A program made the translations under genes and the position numbers. The notes beneath the pieces were generated by a model. The model did no database searches. It was given only the letters and a program-made list of their open reading frames with translations, and had not been told where the DNA came from. Positions 1-7,308 of a DNA stretch of 19,280 nt are shown here, piece after piece (position 1 is the stretch's first letter; every line of letters begins with the position of its first letter). Origin of the DNA: Archangiaceae bacterium (GTDB lineage Bacteria; Myxococcota; Myxococcia; Myxococcales; Myxococcaceae); NCBI GenBank assembly GCA_043750125.1, contig JAYVCD010000036.1, positions 1-19,280 of the forward strand, read 5' to 3'.

Positions 1-1
1 C

Positions 2-538
2 TGAGGTGGTGGCCAGCGTGAGGCCGACCGCCGTGGGTCCGAAGAGCAACATCCCGGCATAGAGAATCAATGAGATCAACAGAGGCCGGCTGCGCCGCAC
101 GCCCCACACTTCGTTGAGCGAGACATCGAGGCTGCGCAGCAAGATTCCCGAAGAGAACAACAGCACCACGAACGACAGGCCTCCGGCGGCGCGCGAGCTT
201 GCCGCGACAAAGAACTGCCGGACGTAGTCGTCGGAATCGCGATGAGCGCCGGGAGCGAGCACGTCCTGAACGAAACCGAACACCCGCTGCTCGAACTGCT
301 GCTGCTTGAGCCAGTGAAGCAGCGCGAGGACAACCGCCAGCAAAGGCAGCAGCGAGGTGATGGTGATGAACGTCAGGTTCCCGGCCCGCAGGGTGATCGA
401 GTCACCCCGAAAGCTGTGAATCAGGCCACGCGCGGCCCGCAGCGTGTCGGCTGCGAACCGCCCGACTCGCGTTCCTTCGAACGGGCGCGCGGCCTCGCGG
501 AGCCTGCTTCGCAACGAAGGTGAAGAGGACTCAGCCAC
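2..538 (-). CDS. YihY/virulence factor BrkB family inner-membrane protein (5' part; runs off the left edge)
   Basis: Not in the ORF track. Manual translation from GTG at 538 is open to the edge: VAESSSPSLRSRL...FRGDSITLRAGNLTFITITSLLPLLAVVLALL...GGLSFVVLLFSSGILLRSLDVSLNEVWGVRRSRPLLISLILYAGMLLFGP. This matches the YihY patterns 'A..LtF.tl.SL.P' and 'lN.iW.v...R'. Starts 8 bp after the PilZ stop. Confidence 0.85.
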   Translation of the reverse strand, partial: MAESSSPSLRSRLREAARPFEGTRVGRFAADTLRAARGLIHSFRGDSITLRAGNLTFITITSLLPLLAVVLALLHWLKQQQFEQRVFGFVQDVLAPGAHRDSDDYVRQFFVAASSRAAGGLSFVVLLFSSGILLRSLDVSLNEVWGVRRSRPLLISLILYAGMLLFGPTAVGLTLATTS

Positions 539-546
539 GCGGTCAG

Positions 547-870
547 TTACCGGCGGCGAACGAGAATGCGCTCGATCAACTGCCGCGAGTAGCCGGCCAC
601 CGAGATGAACACCACTCCCATGCCTGCTTGAATTCCCGGCGCCTTCTCGATGGTGCGCACCACCTCGCCCACCCCTTCGATCGTCTCCAGGTCGTCCATG
701 ATCACCGTGAACTTCAAGGTCACCCGGGTGCCCACGGCCAGCGGCTCTTCAGATTTGATGAAGACGCCGCTGCGCGAGATGTTCGAGACATATTCCGCGA
801 TGAACTCGTCAACCGAGGCGAAGTCGTGGTTCACCGTCTGGCGCGTCTCGATTCGGCGATCGACTGTCAT
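547..870 (-). CDS. Stand-alone PilZ domain protein (myxobacterial TIGR02266-like), putative c-di-GMP receptor
   Basis: 107 aa. Both PilZ motifs are present: RxxxR (RIETR) and (D/N)xSxxG (NISRSG). Also 'GVFIKS..PL.VGT.V.L.F', 'GEVVR' and 'GMGVVF'. Confidence 0.88.
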   Translation of the reverse strand: MTVDRRIETRQTVNHDFASVDEFIAEYVSNISRSGVFIKSEEPLAVGTRVTLKFTVIMDDLETIEGVGEVVRTIEKAPGIQAGMGVVFISVAGYSRQLIERILVRRR

Positions 871-879
871 CGCCCGCTC

Positions 880-3171
880 CTACTTGAGAACGACGTTCGC
901 GTCGCTGGGCTCCGCCACCGCCGAGCTGGACTCGTTTCCATTCGCGGCTGCCGCTTGTTGTTGCGTGCCTGGAGGTTGCGAAGGGCGGGCGTTGCTTCCG
1001 CCCCGGCCACCGCCACCGCCACCGCTGCCGCCACCGCCCTGACGATCCCGGCCCCGGCCCCGATCGCGTTCCTTCCGGCTGCCGCGATCACCGCCTCCAC
1101 CGCCGGGGCGCTCGCCGCTGCCACCGCCCTCACTTCCACCGCGGCTCTCGACGCGATTTTCCGAAGATCCGCGCTTGGGATTGCCCCACCGCTGCGGCTC
1201 AATCTGTTCCACCGAAGAGGCGACCTTGTGCTCGGTTCCCGAGGCCACCCGCGCGTAGATGTCGTACTGCTCGCGGTGGTAATCGAGCTGGGTGCGCACC
1301 TGAATCGACTTGTTGAAGCGATCCATCAGGTGTCGCAGTTCCTGCTTCTCTTCGCCGAGCAAGAGGCTGGCGACTTCCGCCTGGCAGCTGATCACCAGGG
1401 TCGGATCTTTGTACGAGCCCGCCGATCGCCGCAGCTCGCGGAAGATCTCGTACGAGACGGTCGTCGCGGTCTTCACGAAGCCCTGGCCGTCGCAGTAGGC
1501 ACAGTCTTCATGCAGCATCCGGCCAATCGACTCGCGAACGCGCTTGCGCGTCATCTCGACCAGGCCGAGCTCAGAAATCTTGAGGACGTTGGTCTTCGCC
1601 TTGTCTCGACCGAGCGCTTCCTGCAGCGACTTGAAGACCTTGTCGCGGTTCTGCTGCTTCTCCATGTCGATGAAGTCGCAAATGATGATCCCGCCGATAT
1701 TCCGCAGCCGCAGCTGGTAGACGATTTCCTTCGCAGCCTCGACGTTGATCTTGGTGATGGTCTCTTCGAGGCTCTTCTTGCCTACGTAGCGACCCGAGTT
1801 CACGTCGATCGCGGTCAAGGCTTCAGCCTGATCCATGATCAGGTACCCGCCGCTCTTCAGCCACACCTTGCGCGCGGTGGCCCGCTTGATCTCTTCCTCG
1901 ATTCCATAGGCATCGAAAATGGGCTCGTCGGTATCGTGCAGCAACACCCGCTCGCGCAGCGCGGTGTCCTGAACCGTGACGAACTGGAGCACCCGTTCGT
2001 ACTCTTCGCGATCATCGATCACCAACCGTTCGACGTCCTGAGCGAACAAGTCGCGCGTGGCCCGGAGGATGAGATCGAGGTCCGGGTGCATCAGCCCCGG
2101 CTGGTGGCGCTTTTCGTTCTTCTTGATCGTCTCGTTCCACACCTCGAGCAAGAACCGGATATCGGCCTCGAGCTTCTCTTGAGGGACGTTCTCCGCAACG
2201 GTTCGAACGATGAAGCCGGTGCCAGGCGGTCGCAGCCGGTCGACGATTTCACGCAGGCGGCGGCGCTCTTTCTCGTTGCCGATGCGGCGGCTGATCCCCA
2301 CGTGGTCGACCGTGGGCATGAACACCAGGTGACGGCCGGGGATCGAGATGTGCGAGGTGAGCCGAGCTCCCTTGGTGCCGATGGGATCTTTGGAAATCTG
2401 AACCAGCACTTCCTGACCCACTTTGAGCAAGTCTTCGATCCGAGCGGACTTCTTCGGGGCTCGAGGCTCTTCGCGCTTCTGATTCTTTTCGCGCTGGCGG
2501 CTGTCGCGACCCTTGTCTTCGCGAGGCGCTCGCCGTTCGCCCTTTGCCGGACCGCCGCCTACGTCGGCGAGGGCTTGAGCTACGACCTGGGCTCCGGTCG
2601 GGGCACTGGCCGGCGCGGGCTGGGCCGCGTCGACCGCCGCGGCGATGACTTCCGCGCCCGACGGTGAAGCTTGAAGCTCGAGACCGGGCTCGGACCAGAC
2701 CGGGGTGGGAGCAGGATCCGCAATCGGGCCTGGCGCCGAGGGGGCGGGAAGCTCGCCCGCAGGCAGCTCCTGCATCTCGAACTCATGGGGCGTTGGAGCG
2801 CTGGGCGGAGGCAACGCGGCCTCCTCGGGGGTGAGGGCCAGCGCCGGCTCGGGGGCGTGATCATCGGCATCTACGTCCGGGACTTCCGGCTGCTCGTCGT
2901 GTTCCCCTTCCGTCAGCTCGAACTGCTGGCGCGAGAACTCGGGGTCGTAGAAAACGTCGGTGACGTAAAGAAACGCGGCCTTGTCCAGACCGACATCGAC
3001 GAAGGCAGCTTGCATCCCCGGCAATACCCGGGTGACACGCCCCTTGTAGATGTTGCCGACGATGCCTTTGTCTTTCTTACGCTCGAGATAAAACTCGGCG
3101 ATGTGTCCGTTTTCCACCAGCGCGACGCGGGTCTCGCGGCCCGCAGCGTTGATGACCAGGATGCTGCTCAT
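880..3171 (-). CDS. rne: Ribonuclease E/G family endoribonuclease (Rne/Rng)
   Basis: Start at ATG 3171 (MSSILVINAAGRETRVALVENG), preceded by GAAGGA. Contains GNIYKGRVTRVLPGMQAAFVDVG, KDPIGTKGARLT, catalytic IDVNSG and IICDFIDM, and the Zn-link CAYCDGQG. Has a long insertion in the S1 domain and a Gly/Arg-rich tail. rne versus rng naming is not certain. Confidence 0.95.
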   Translation of the reverse strand: MSSILVINAAGRETRVALVENGHIAEFYLERKKDKGIVGNIYKGRVTRVLPGMQAAFVDVGLDKAAFLYVTDVFYDPEFSRQQFELTEGEHDEQPEVPDVDADDHAPEPALALTPEEAALPPPSAPTPHEFEMQELPAGELPAPSAPGPIADPAPTPVWSEPGLELQASPSGAEVIAAAVDAAQPAPASAPTGAQVVAQALADVGGGPAKGERRAPREDKGRDSRQREKNQKREEPRAPKKSARIEDLLKVGQEVLVQISKDPIGTKGARLTSHISIPGRHLVFMPTVDHVGISRRIGNEKERRRLREIVDRLRPPGTGFIVRTVAENVPQEKLEADIRFLLEVWNETIKKNEKRHQPGLMHPDLDLILRATRDLFAQDVERLVIDDREEYERVLQFVTVQDTALRERVLLHDTDEPIFDAYGIEEEIKRATARKVWLKSGGYLIMDQAEALTAIDVNSGRYVGKKSLEETITKINVEAAKEIVYQLRLRNIGGIIICDFIDMEKQQNRDKVFKSLQEALGRDKAKTNVLKISELGLVEMTRKRVRESIGRMLHEDCAYCDGQGFVKTATTVSYEIFRELRRSAGSYKDPTLVISCQAEVASLLLGEEKQELRHLMDRFNKSIQVRTQLDYHREQYDIYARVASGTEHKVASSVEQIEPQRWGNPKRGSSENRVESRGGSEGGGSGERPGGGGGDRGSRKERDRGRGRDRQGGGGSGGGGGGRGGSNARPSQPPGTQQQAAAANGNESSSAVAEPSDANVVLK

Positions 3172-3467
3172 GGGTAAATCCTTCAGGCGCACCGGCCTCG
3201 GCTGTTCCCGGCGGACGGGAGACGCAGGACTGGTCGGGCTGGTAGCGCACGTAGGGCAAAGGGGGTCGCCGGGGAGCGGAACGCGAATCGCGCATGACCC
3301 CCTACCGTTGAACTGCTTGGGCTAACTGCGCCCGATGATTGGCTTTCGCGCCCAAAGGAACTGCCGAGCCCACGAAGGGTTTCGGCGGCCGAAAGCTCCC
3401 GTCAAAACTTGTAATGGGGCGGAGACTTTCACGGTTGGATGTAGGTGTAAAGCCAAGCAGCGTATTC
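3172..3467 (-). promoter_or_regulatory. Long structured 5' leader / intergenic region upstream of the RNase E/G gene
   Basis: 296 bp with no credible ORF. Complementary segments include GGGGGTC (3261-3267) with GACCCCC (3296-3302), GGTAG (3241-3245) with CTACC (3302-3306), and TTTCGGC-G-GCCGAAA (3380-3394). Confidence 0.5.
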
Positions 3468-3905
3468 TTACGCGTTGACCTGGGGCTTCTCGGGCCGGGC
3501 CGCTCGGGGCCGCCAGACCAGACGCAGGGCGCTCCAGGCCGGGTCGAGCACCAGCAGCTTGTTGTCGTTGAGGCCAATTTCGAGCGCGGCGAGACGAACG
3601 AAGTCTTCGGTCGGAATGGCCGGACCTTCCACTTGATGGGGGTAACAGACCCAGATGGTTCCAGTGACGGCCATGCCCCGGGCGAGGGCCGGAAGCTTCT
3701 CGACCAGCTCGACTTTTTTGGCGGTGAAGAAGACGGTTACGTCGAGCCCGGTGCGCGCCGAGTCGAGCAGCTGCGCGCCGTCGGGAAGAGGATGAAGAGA
3801 GTCGACGAAGCCTTCGGGGGCGTTGATGACCGAGACGTGCATTCCCGGACGGATGCCGAGTAACGAGGGCATCGGGGCGAGCAGGTGGGGGCCGCCAAAG
3901 CTCAT
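3468..3905 (-). CDS. DUF3052-like protein
   Basis: 145 aa. 'LGIRPGM.V.V.NAP', 'D....F', 'G.IWV.YP', 'ED.VR..AL..GL.DNK....D..WSALRL' fit the DUF3052 pattern as I recall it. Its start overlaps the acyP stop (ATGA). Confidence 0.75.
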   Translation of the reverse strand: MSFGGPHLLAPMPSLLGIRPGMHVSVINAPEGFVDSLHPLPDGAQLLDSARTGLDVTVFFTAKKVELVEKLPALARGMAVTGTIWVCYPHQVEGPAIPTEDFVRLAALEIGLNDNKLLVLDPAWSALRLVWRPRAARPEKPQVNA

Positions 3906-4183
3906 CGCACCACCTCGAACGAAACGAACTCACCGGTCGCGCTCTCGTCTTCGGCAAGGGTCACCGATTCGACCTCGGCATGAGAAGGGCCTTCGTGACA
4001 CCAGCGAACGAAGAGGTCGACCTGATCTGGAGTTCCTTCGGCGAGCGCTTCGACATCGCCGTCGTCGAGGTTGCGGATCCACCCGGTGAGCTTCAGGCGC
4101 AAGGCTTCGTCTCTGGCGCAGGCGCGGAACGAGACGCCCTGAACGAGGCCGTGAATGCGAAGATGAACGCGTCGGAGGCTCAT
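3902..4183 (-). CDS. acyP: Acylphosphatase
   Basis: C-terminal 93 aa of the tracked ORF 3902..5446, from ATG 4183: MSLRRVHLRIHGLVQGVSFR...LTGWIRNLDDGDVEALAEG...WCHEGPSHAEV. Has the signature G.VQGV.FR (catalytic Arg) and GW.RN (catalytic Asn). Confidence 0.95.
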   Translation of the reverse strand: MSLRRVHLRIHGLVQGVSFRACARDEALRLKLTGWIRNLDDGDVEALAEGTPDQVDLFVRWCHEGPSHAEVESVTLAEDESATGEFVSFEVVR

Positions 4184-4204
4184 TTTGGAAAGGCGCGGCT
4201 TAAC

Positions 4205-5788
4205 ATGATGCAAAGCGTTGACGAAGAAGCGCTGGGAGAGCAGTTCGAAGCTCAGGCGCGCCGCAAGGGGGGCATCTATTTCACCCCCGCCTGGTTGGTG
4301 AAGCGGGTGCTCGAGGCGGCCGCTCCGTTCGTACCGGCGCAGGGTCGCTTGGCGGTCGTGGATCCCGCCTGCGGCGCCGGGGCCTTTCTGTCCGCGGCCG
4401 GCGAGGCGTTTCCCCGGGCCACGCTGCTGGGATGCGAGCTCGAGGCGCAATCGGCTGCAGAGTGCCGCACCCGAATGCCGCGCGCGGTGGTGGTCAACGG
4501 TGATGCGCTGCGCGGGCCCACCCTCGGGAAGTTGCTGAGGCAGATTCCGGCGAAGGCGTTCGAAGTCTGGGTTGGAAATCCCCCCTACAACGGGCGTTCG
4601 GCGCTGCTCGATGATTCGAAGGCGTTCGCGCGAATGCAGAAGTTGTTGGCCCCCGAGGCCACGCTGGCCAAAGGTCAGAGCCTGAGGGACGACTTCGCTT
4701 TTTTCCTGCTCGTCGCGGCCGAGCGGTTGAAAGGTCGAGACGGAGCGATCGCGTTCGTCACCAGCGCCAGCCTGCTCGACGCGTTTCTCTATGCACCCTT
4801 GCGGCACACCTTGCTGTCGCGCCTGGCGTTGCGCGAAGCGGTGGACCTGGGAATCGGGGTCTTCCGGGGCACCCGGGTGCGAACGTGCTTCACGATCTGG
4901 ACGACGAACCGCGAAGGTCCCACGGTCACGGCCGAAGCCCCCCAGTACCGGCTGCGAAAGGTCTCGCTGGAAGCGAACACTCTGCACGAGGCGTGGCGAG
5001 CCGACGGCGAGCTGTTGACGAAGTTGGTCCCCGTCAGCCTGCCGGGGCTGAAGACGCGCTTCGATGAGCTCTTGACCGATTCGGACCCCGAGCGGCTGCG
5101 CGGGCGGCTCGAAGAATTGATGCGGACACCGAAATCGAAGCTGGCGCAGTTTGCCAGGCGCCATCAGATACCTCAGTCGTGCGCGGCGAAGTTGGCCGCG
5201 CTCCCGACCGGCCTGGCGATCAACCCGGCCAGGATCCGCGCGTTCATTCGGTATCGCGGCGCGCGCTCGCGGGGGCCCTCGGCTTTTTGCTACCTCGATC
5301 GAATGCTGATTCCGAGGGGGGATCATCGCCTTCACGGGCAGTGGGACCCCCACCAGGGACGCTGCAAGTTGGTCTTCAACATTCGCGAGCTGCCGTTGTG
5401 GGCTGAGCTGCTCGAGGAAGCCGGGTGCGTGACGGCGTATCAACACGCGCGGTTTGCGCCGCTGTGGGTTCCGCTTCGGGTGCGCGAAGAAGGACCGCTG
5501 GCAGCCAACCGGCTGACGGTCGACGCGCTCGGGCCGCTGGTGCCCAATCTCTCACCGCGCGGACTTCAGTGGGCGCAGCAGTTGGGAGGACCGCGAGAAG
5601 TCTTCGCCGAAATCGCCCGCTTCATCTGCTCGAGGCCGGTTCAGGACCTCTGGGCCCCGGCCTTTGGAGCGTCCGAGGAACTGTCCGTGCCTGAACTGTC
5701 GGCGCCGGAAGAAGGTGTCGAGCCGGTGCCCGAAGCGGTTGCGCCCAGTCGGCCGATGCCCAGGCCGATGCCGCTGCGAAAGAGCTGA
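4205..5788 (+). CDS. N6-adenine DNA methyltransferase (gamma class) with a C-terminal putative target-recognition domain; no cognate nuclease
   Basis: Motif X GIYFTP, motif I VVDPACGAGAFL, 'GCELE', 'NGDAL', motif IV VGNPPY, and 'G.IAFVT..S.LD'. Start placed at ATG 4205/4208 because the tracked upstream extension overlaps acyP on the other strand. Confidence 0.88.
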   Translation: MMQSVDEEALGEQFEAQARRKGGIYFTPAWLVKRVLEAAAPFVPAQGRLAVVDPACGAGAFLSAAGEAFPRATLLGCELEAQSAAECRTRMPRAVVVNGDALRGPTLGKLLRQIPAKAFEVWVGNPPYNGRSALLDDSKAFARMQKLLAPEATLAKGQSLRDDFAFFLLVAAERLKGRDGAIAFVTSASLLDAFLYAPLRHTLLSRLALREAVDLGIGVFRGTRVRTCFTIWTTNREGPTVTAEAPQYRLRKVSLEANTLHEAWRADGELLTKLVPVSLPGLKTRFDELLTDSDPERLRGRLEELMRTPKSKLAQFARRHQIPQSCAAKLAALPTGLAINPARIRAFIRYRGARSRGPSAFCYLDRMLIPRGDHRLHGQWDPHQGRCKLVFNIRELPLWAELLEEAGCVTAYQHARFAPLWVPLRVREEGPLAANRLTVDALGPLVPNLSPRGLQWAQQLGGPREVFAEIARFICSRPVQDLWAPAFGASEELSVPELSAPEEGVEPVPEAVAPSRPMPRPMPLRKS

Positions 5789-5870
5789 AGACCCATCCAT
5801 AGACGGGACTGCATCCCAGGGTGTGGACGCATCGGCCGCTGCAACCGCCCGCGGATCCTCGCGTCGAGTT

Positions 5871-5886
5871 TGGCCCAGCAGGTGCT
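5871..5886 (+). promoter_or_regulatory. Putative sigma54 (-24/-12) promoter
   Basis: TGGCCCAGCAGGTGCT has exact GG-N10-GC spacing (GG 5872-73, GC 5884-85) against the consensus TGGCACG-N4-TTGCW. It lies just upstream of the lipoprotein ATG at 5899. Confidence 0.5.
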
Positions 5887-5898
5887 CAAGGGGTGTTC

Positions 5899-7209
5899 AT
5901 GTCCTCCCCCTCCCGTCTTGCTGTTCTCGTTGTCGCTTTGGCCCTTCTCGGGTGCGGATCTTCTCTTAGCCCTTTGGGGCAACAGATTCTCTCGCACCCC
6001 GCCAGTGGTGACCCCGTGGGCTCGAGCTGTTCGAGCAGCGAGGACTGCGCCGGTTCCAATGCCTTTTGTGGAGCGGCCTTTCCGGGTGGCTACTGCTCGG
6101 TCGATTGCACCGAGAGCTCGTCTTGCGCTTCGGGCAGCACCTGTCTCATCGGCACGAAAATCGATTTTTGTGCAGCCGACTGTGCCTCACCCGGAACGCG
6201 CTCGAGCTGCCGAGCGGGTTACGAGTGCCGGCCCCTCAAAGACCACAGCCACGGTGTCTGTCTTCCAGAACAGAAGAACTCGGGAGCCGGGGGTGGCGGA
6301 GGCTCTTCGATGCCGCCGCCCAAAGCCCCGGTCGGCTCGAGCTGCACGACCGACTCGTCGTGTTCGACCGGTTTCTGCGCGGCGAGCTGGCCCGACGGCT
6401 ACTGCACCCGCAGCTGCACGATTGGCGACGATTGCGGCCCGGGTGCGGTCTGCCTGCACTACCTGGACACAGAGATCAGAAGCTGCCTGTCTGTCTGTGC
6501 GGTGCCGGGATCCCGCTCAACCTGTCGAAGCGGATACCGATGCTCGCCCTTCGCGGGCACCCGCACCGATGGCTTTTGCGAACTGGAACCGAAGTCTTCC
6601 GGCGCCGGTGGCGGCTCGGGCGGCGGAGGCTCGGGTGGCTCAGCAGGGGGCGGGGGTGGCGGAGCTGGGCTCCCGACGCGCATCAATTACAAAGTGACTG
6701 CTTTCCAGGGAACCTACTCAGGAAACGCCGTGCATTACGTCTCCGCTTCGCAAATGGACATTCTGGCCACCAACTCCTGCACGTACAGCTCAACGGGGAC
6801 CCCCTCGACCCAGGTCGCCTTCATCGGACTCTCGAGCTCGACCCCTTCGCTGACGATCACCGGCCAGGTGACCTGCCCGCCTGGAATGGCGACCTCCACC
6901 GCGGGGACTTCCTGCACGACTCAAGTCACCAGCGGGTCCCCTTTGTTCGAGTGGACGATCAATGTCGCGGGCTGGGCGGACGACTCGGTGGTCACCCTGG
7001 AAGCCCGCTACACCCCGGGAATGATCCCTGCCTGCAACTCCGCCACCGTTCTCTACGACGGGTGGGGCATCGCGGCCACGACGACCGTCCAGAAGTTCCG
7101 CAACGGAACTGCTTTTCCGATTCACTTCGTCGGAGCGCGCAGCCTGGGCACCTCGTACAACAGCTCCGACGTGAGTTGGGACTTCACCATGACCATTCAG
7201 CCTCTCTGA
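5899..7209 (+). CDS. Cys-rich repeat lipoprotein: two 12-Cys modules, Gly linkers, and a Ser/Thr-rich beta-type C-terminal domain
   Basis: MSSPSRLAVLVVALALLG|CGSS gives a type II signal with lipobox LLGC. Two repeats begin VGSSC. A poly-Gly linker precedes a ~175-aa C-terminal domain. AAGGGG lies upstream of the ATG. Confidence 0.85.
   Translation: MSSPSRLAVLVVALALLGCGSSLSPLGQQILSHPASGDPVGSSCSSSEDCAGSNAFCGAAFPGGYCSVDCTESSSCASGSTCLIGTKIDFCAADCASPGTRSSCRAGYECRPLKDHSHGVCLPEQKNSGAGGGGGSSMPPPKAPVGSSCTTDSSCSTGFCAASWPDGYCTRSCTIGDDCGPGAVCLHYLDTEIRSCLSVCAVPGSRSTCRSGYRCSPFAGTRTDGFCELEPKSSGAGGGSGGGGSGGSAGGGGGGAGLPTRINYKVTAFQGTYSGNAVHYVSASQMDILATNSCTYSSTGTPSTQVAFIGLSSSTPSLTITGQVTCPPGMATSTAGTSCTTQVTSGSPLFEWTINVAGWADDSVVTLEARYTPGMIPACNSATVLYDGWGIAATTTVQKFRNGTAFPIHFVGARSLGTSYNSSDVSWDFTMTIQPL
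6016..6588 (+). repeat. Intragenic duplication of an ~85-aa, 12-Cys module (6016-6270 and 6331-6588)
   Basis: VGSSCSSSEDC..FC.AAFPGGYCSVDC....C..G..CL...C...CA.PGTRSSCRAGYECRP...GVCLPE aligns with VGSSCTTDSSC..FC.ASWPDGYCTRSC....C..G..CL...C...CA.PGSRSTCRSGYRCSP...GFCELE. Confidence 0.9.
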
Positions 7210-7235
7210 GTAGGGGTTAGCCGAAGCAGCCGCGC

Positions 7236-7304
7236 CGAACCTCTGGTGCCCCGGGCGCCTGGACCCACTTGTCCCGGCAGCCCGCGGGGTTTCGGGGGGG
7301 TTCG
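7236..7304. terminator. Long imperfect hairpin between convergent genes (possible bidirectional terminator or stabilising stem)
   Basis: CGAACC..GCCCCG.GGC.GCC.GGAC - loop CCACTT - GTCC.GGC.GCCC.CGGGGT..GGTTCG. No clear U-tract. Confidence 0.45.
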
Positions 7305-7308
7305 ACCG

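Noticed and set aside
520..2667. 715-aa plus-strand ORF
   Set aside because: Antisense shadow of rne and the PilZ gene. High GC3 suppresses stops on the opposite strand and the translation has no motifs.
3172..3467. Known ncRNA (tRNA, SRP, 6S, RNase P, riboswitch) upstream of rne
   Set aside because: No diagnostic sequence motifs recognised; kept only as a candidate structured leader.
3980..4204. N-terminal extension of the MTase ORF
   Set aside because: Overlaps acyP on the opposite strand; ATG 4205/4208 sits just before motif X.
4184..5446. Apparent 514-aa acylphosphatase fusion protein
   Set aside because: The N-terminal ~420 aa are antisense to the MTase. Only the last 93 aa are acylphosphatase, and they have their own ATG.
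5751..5772. Tandem GGCCGATGCC repeat (RPMP x2) at the MTase 3' end
   Set aside because: Two copies in a low-complexity tail; too short to support phase variation or a target-site duplication.
6598..6665. GGC/GGT-rich repeats here and in the rne tail
   Set aside because: They encode poly-Gly linkers; not CRISPR or a DNA-level repeat element.
5870..7220. Alternative-frame ORFs (275 and 384 aa) over the Cys-rich lipoprotein
   Set aside because: Arg-rich with no signal or motifs. The lipobox and repeats are in the 5899 frame.
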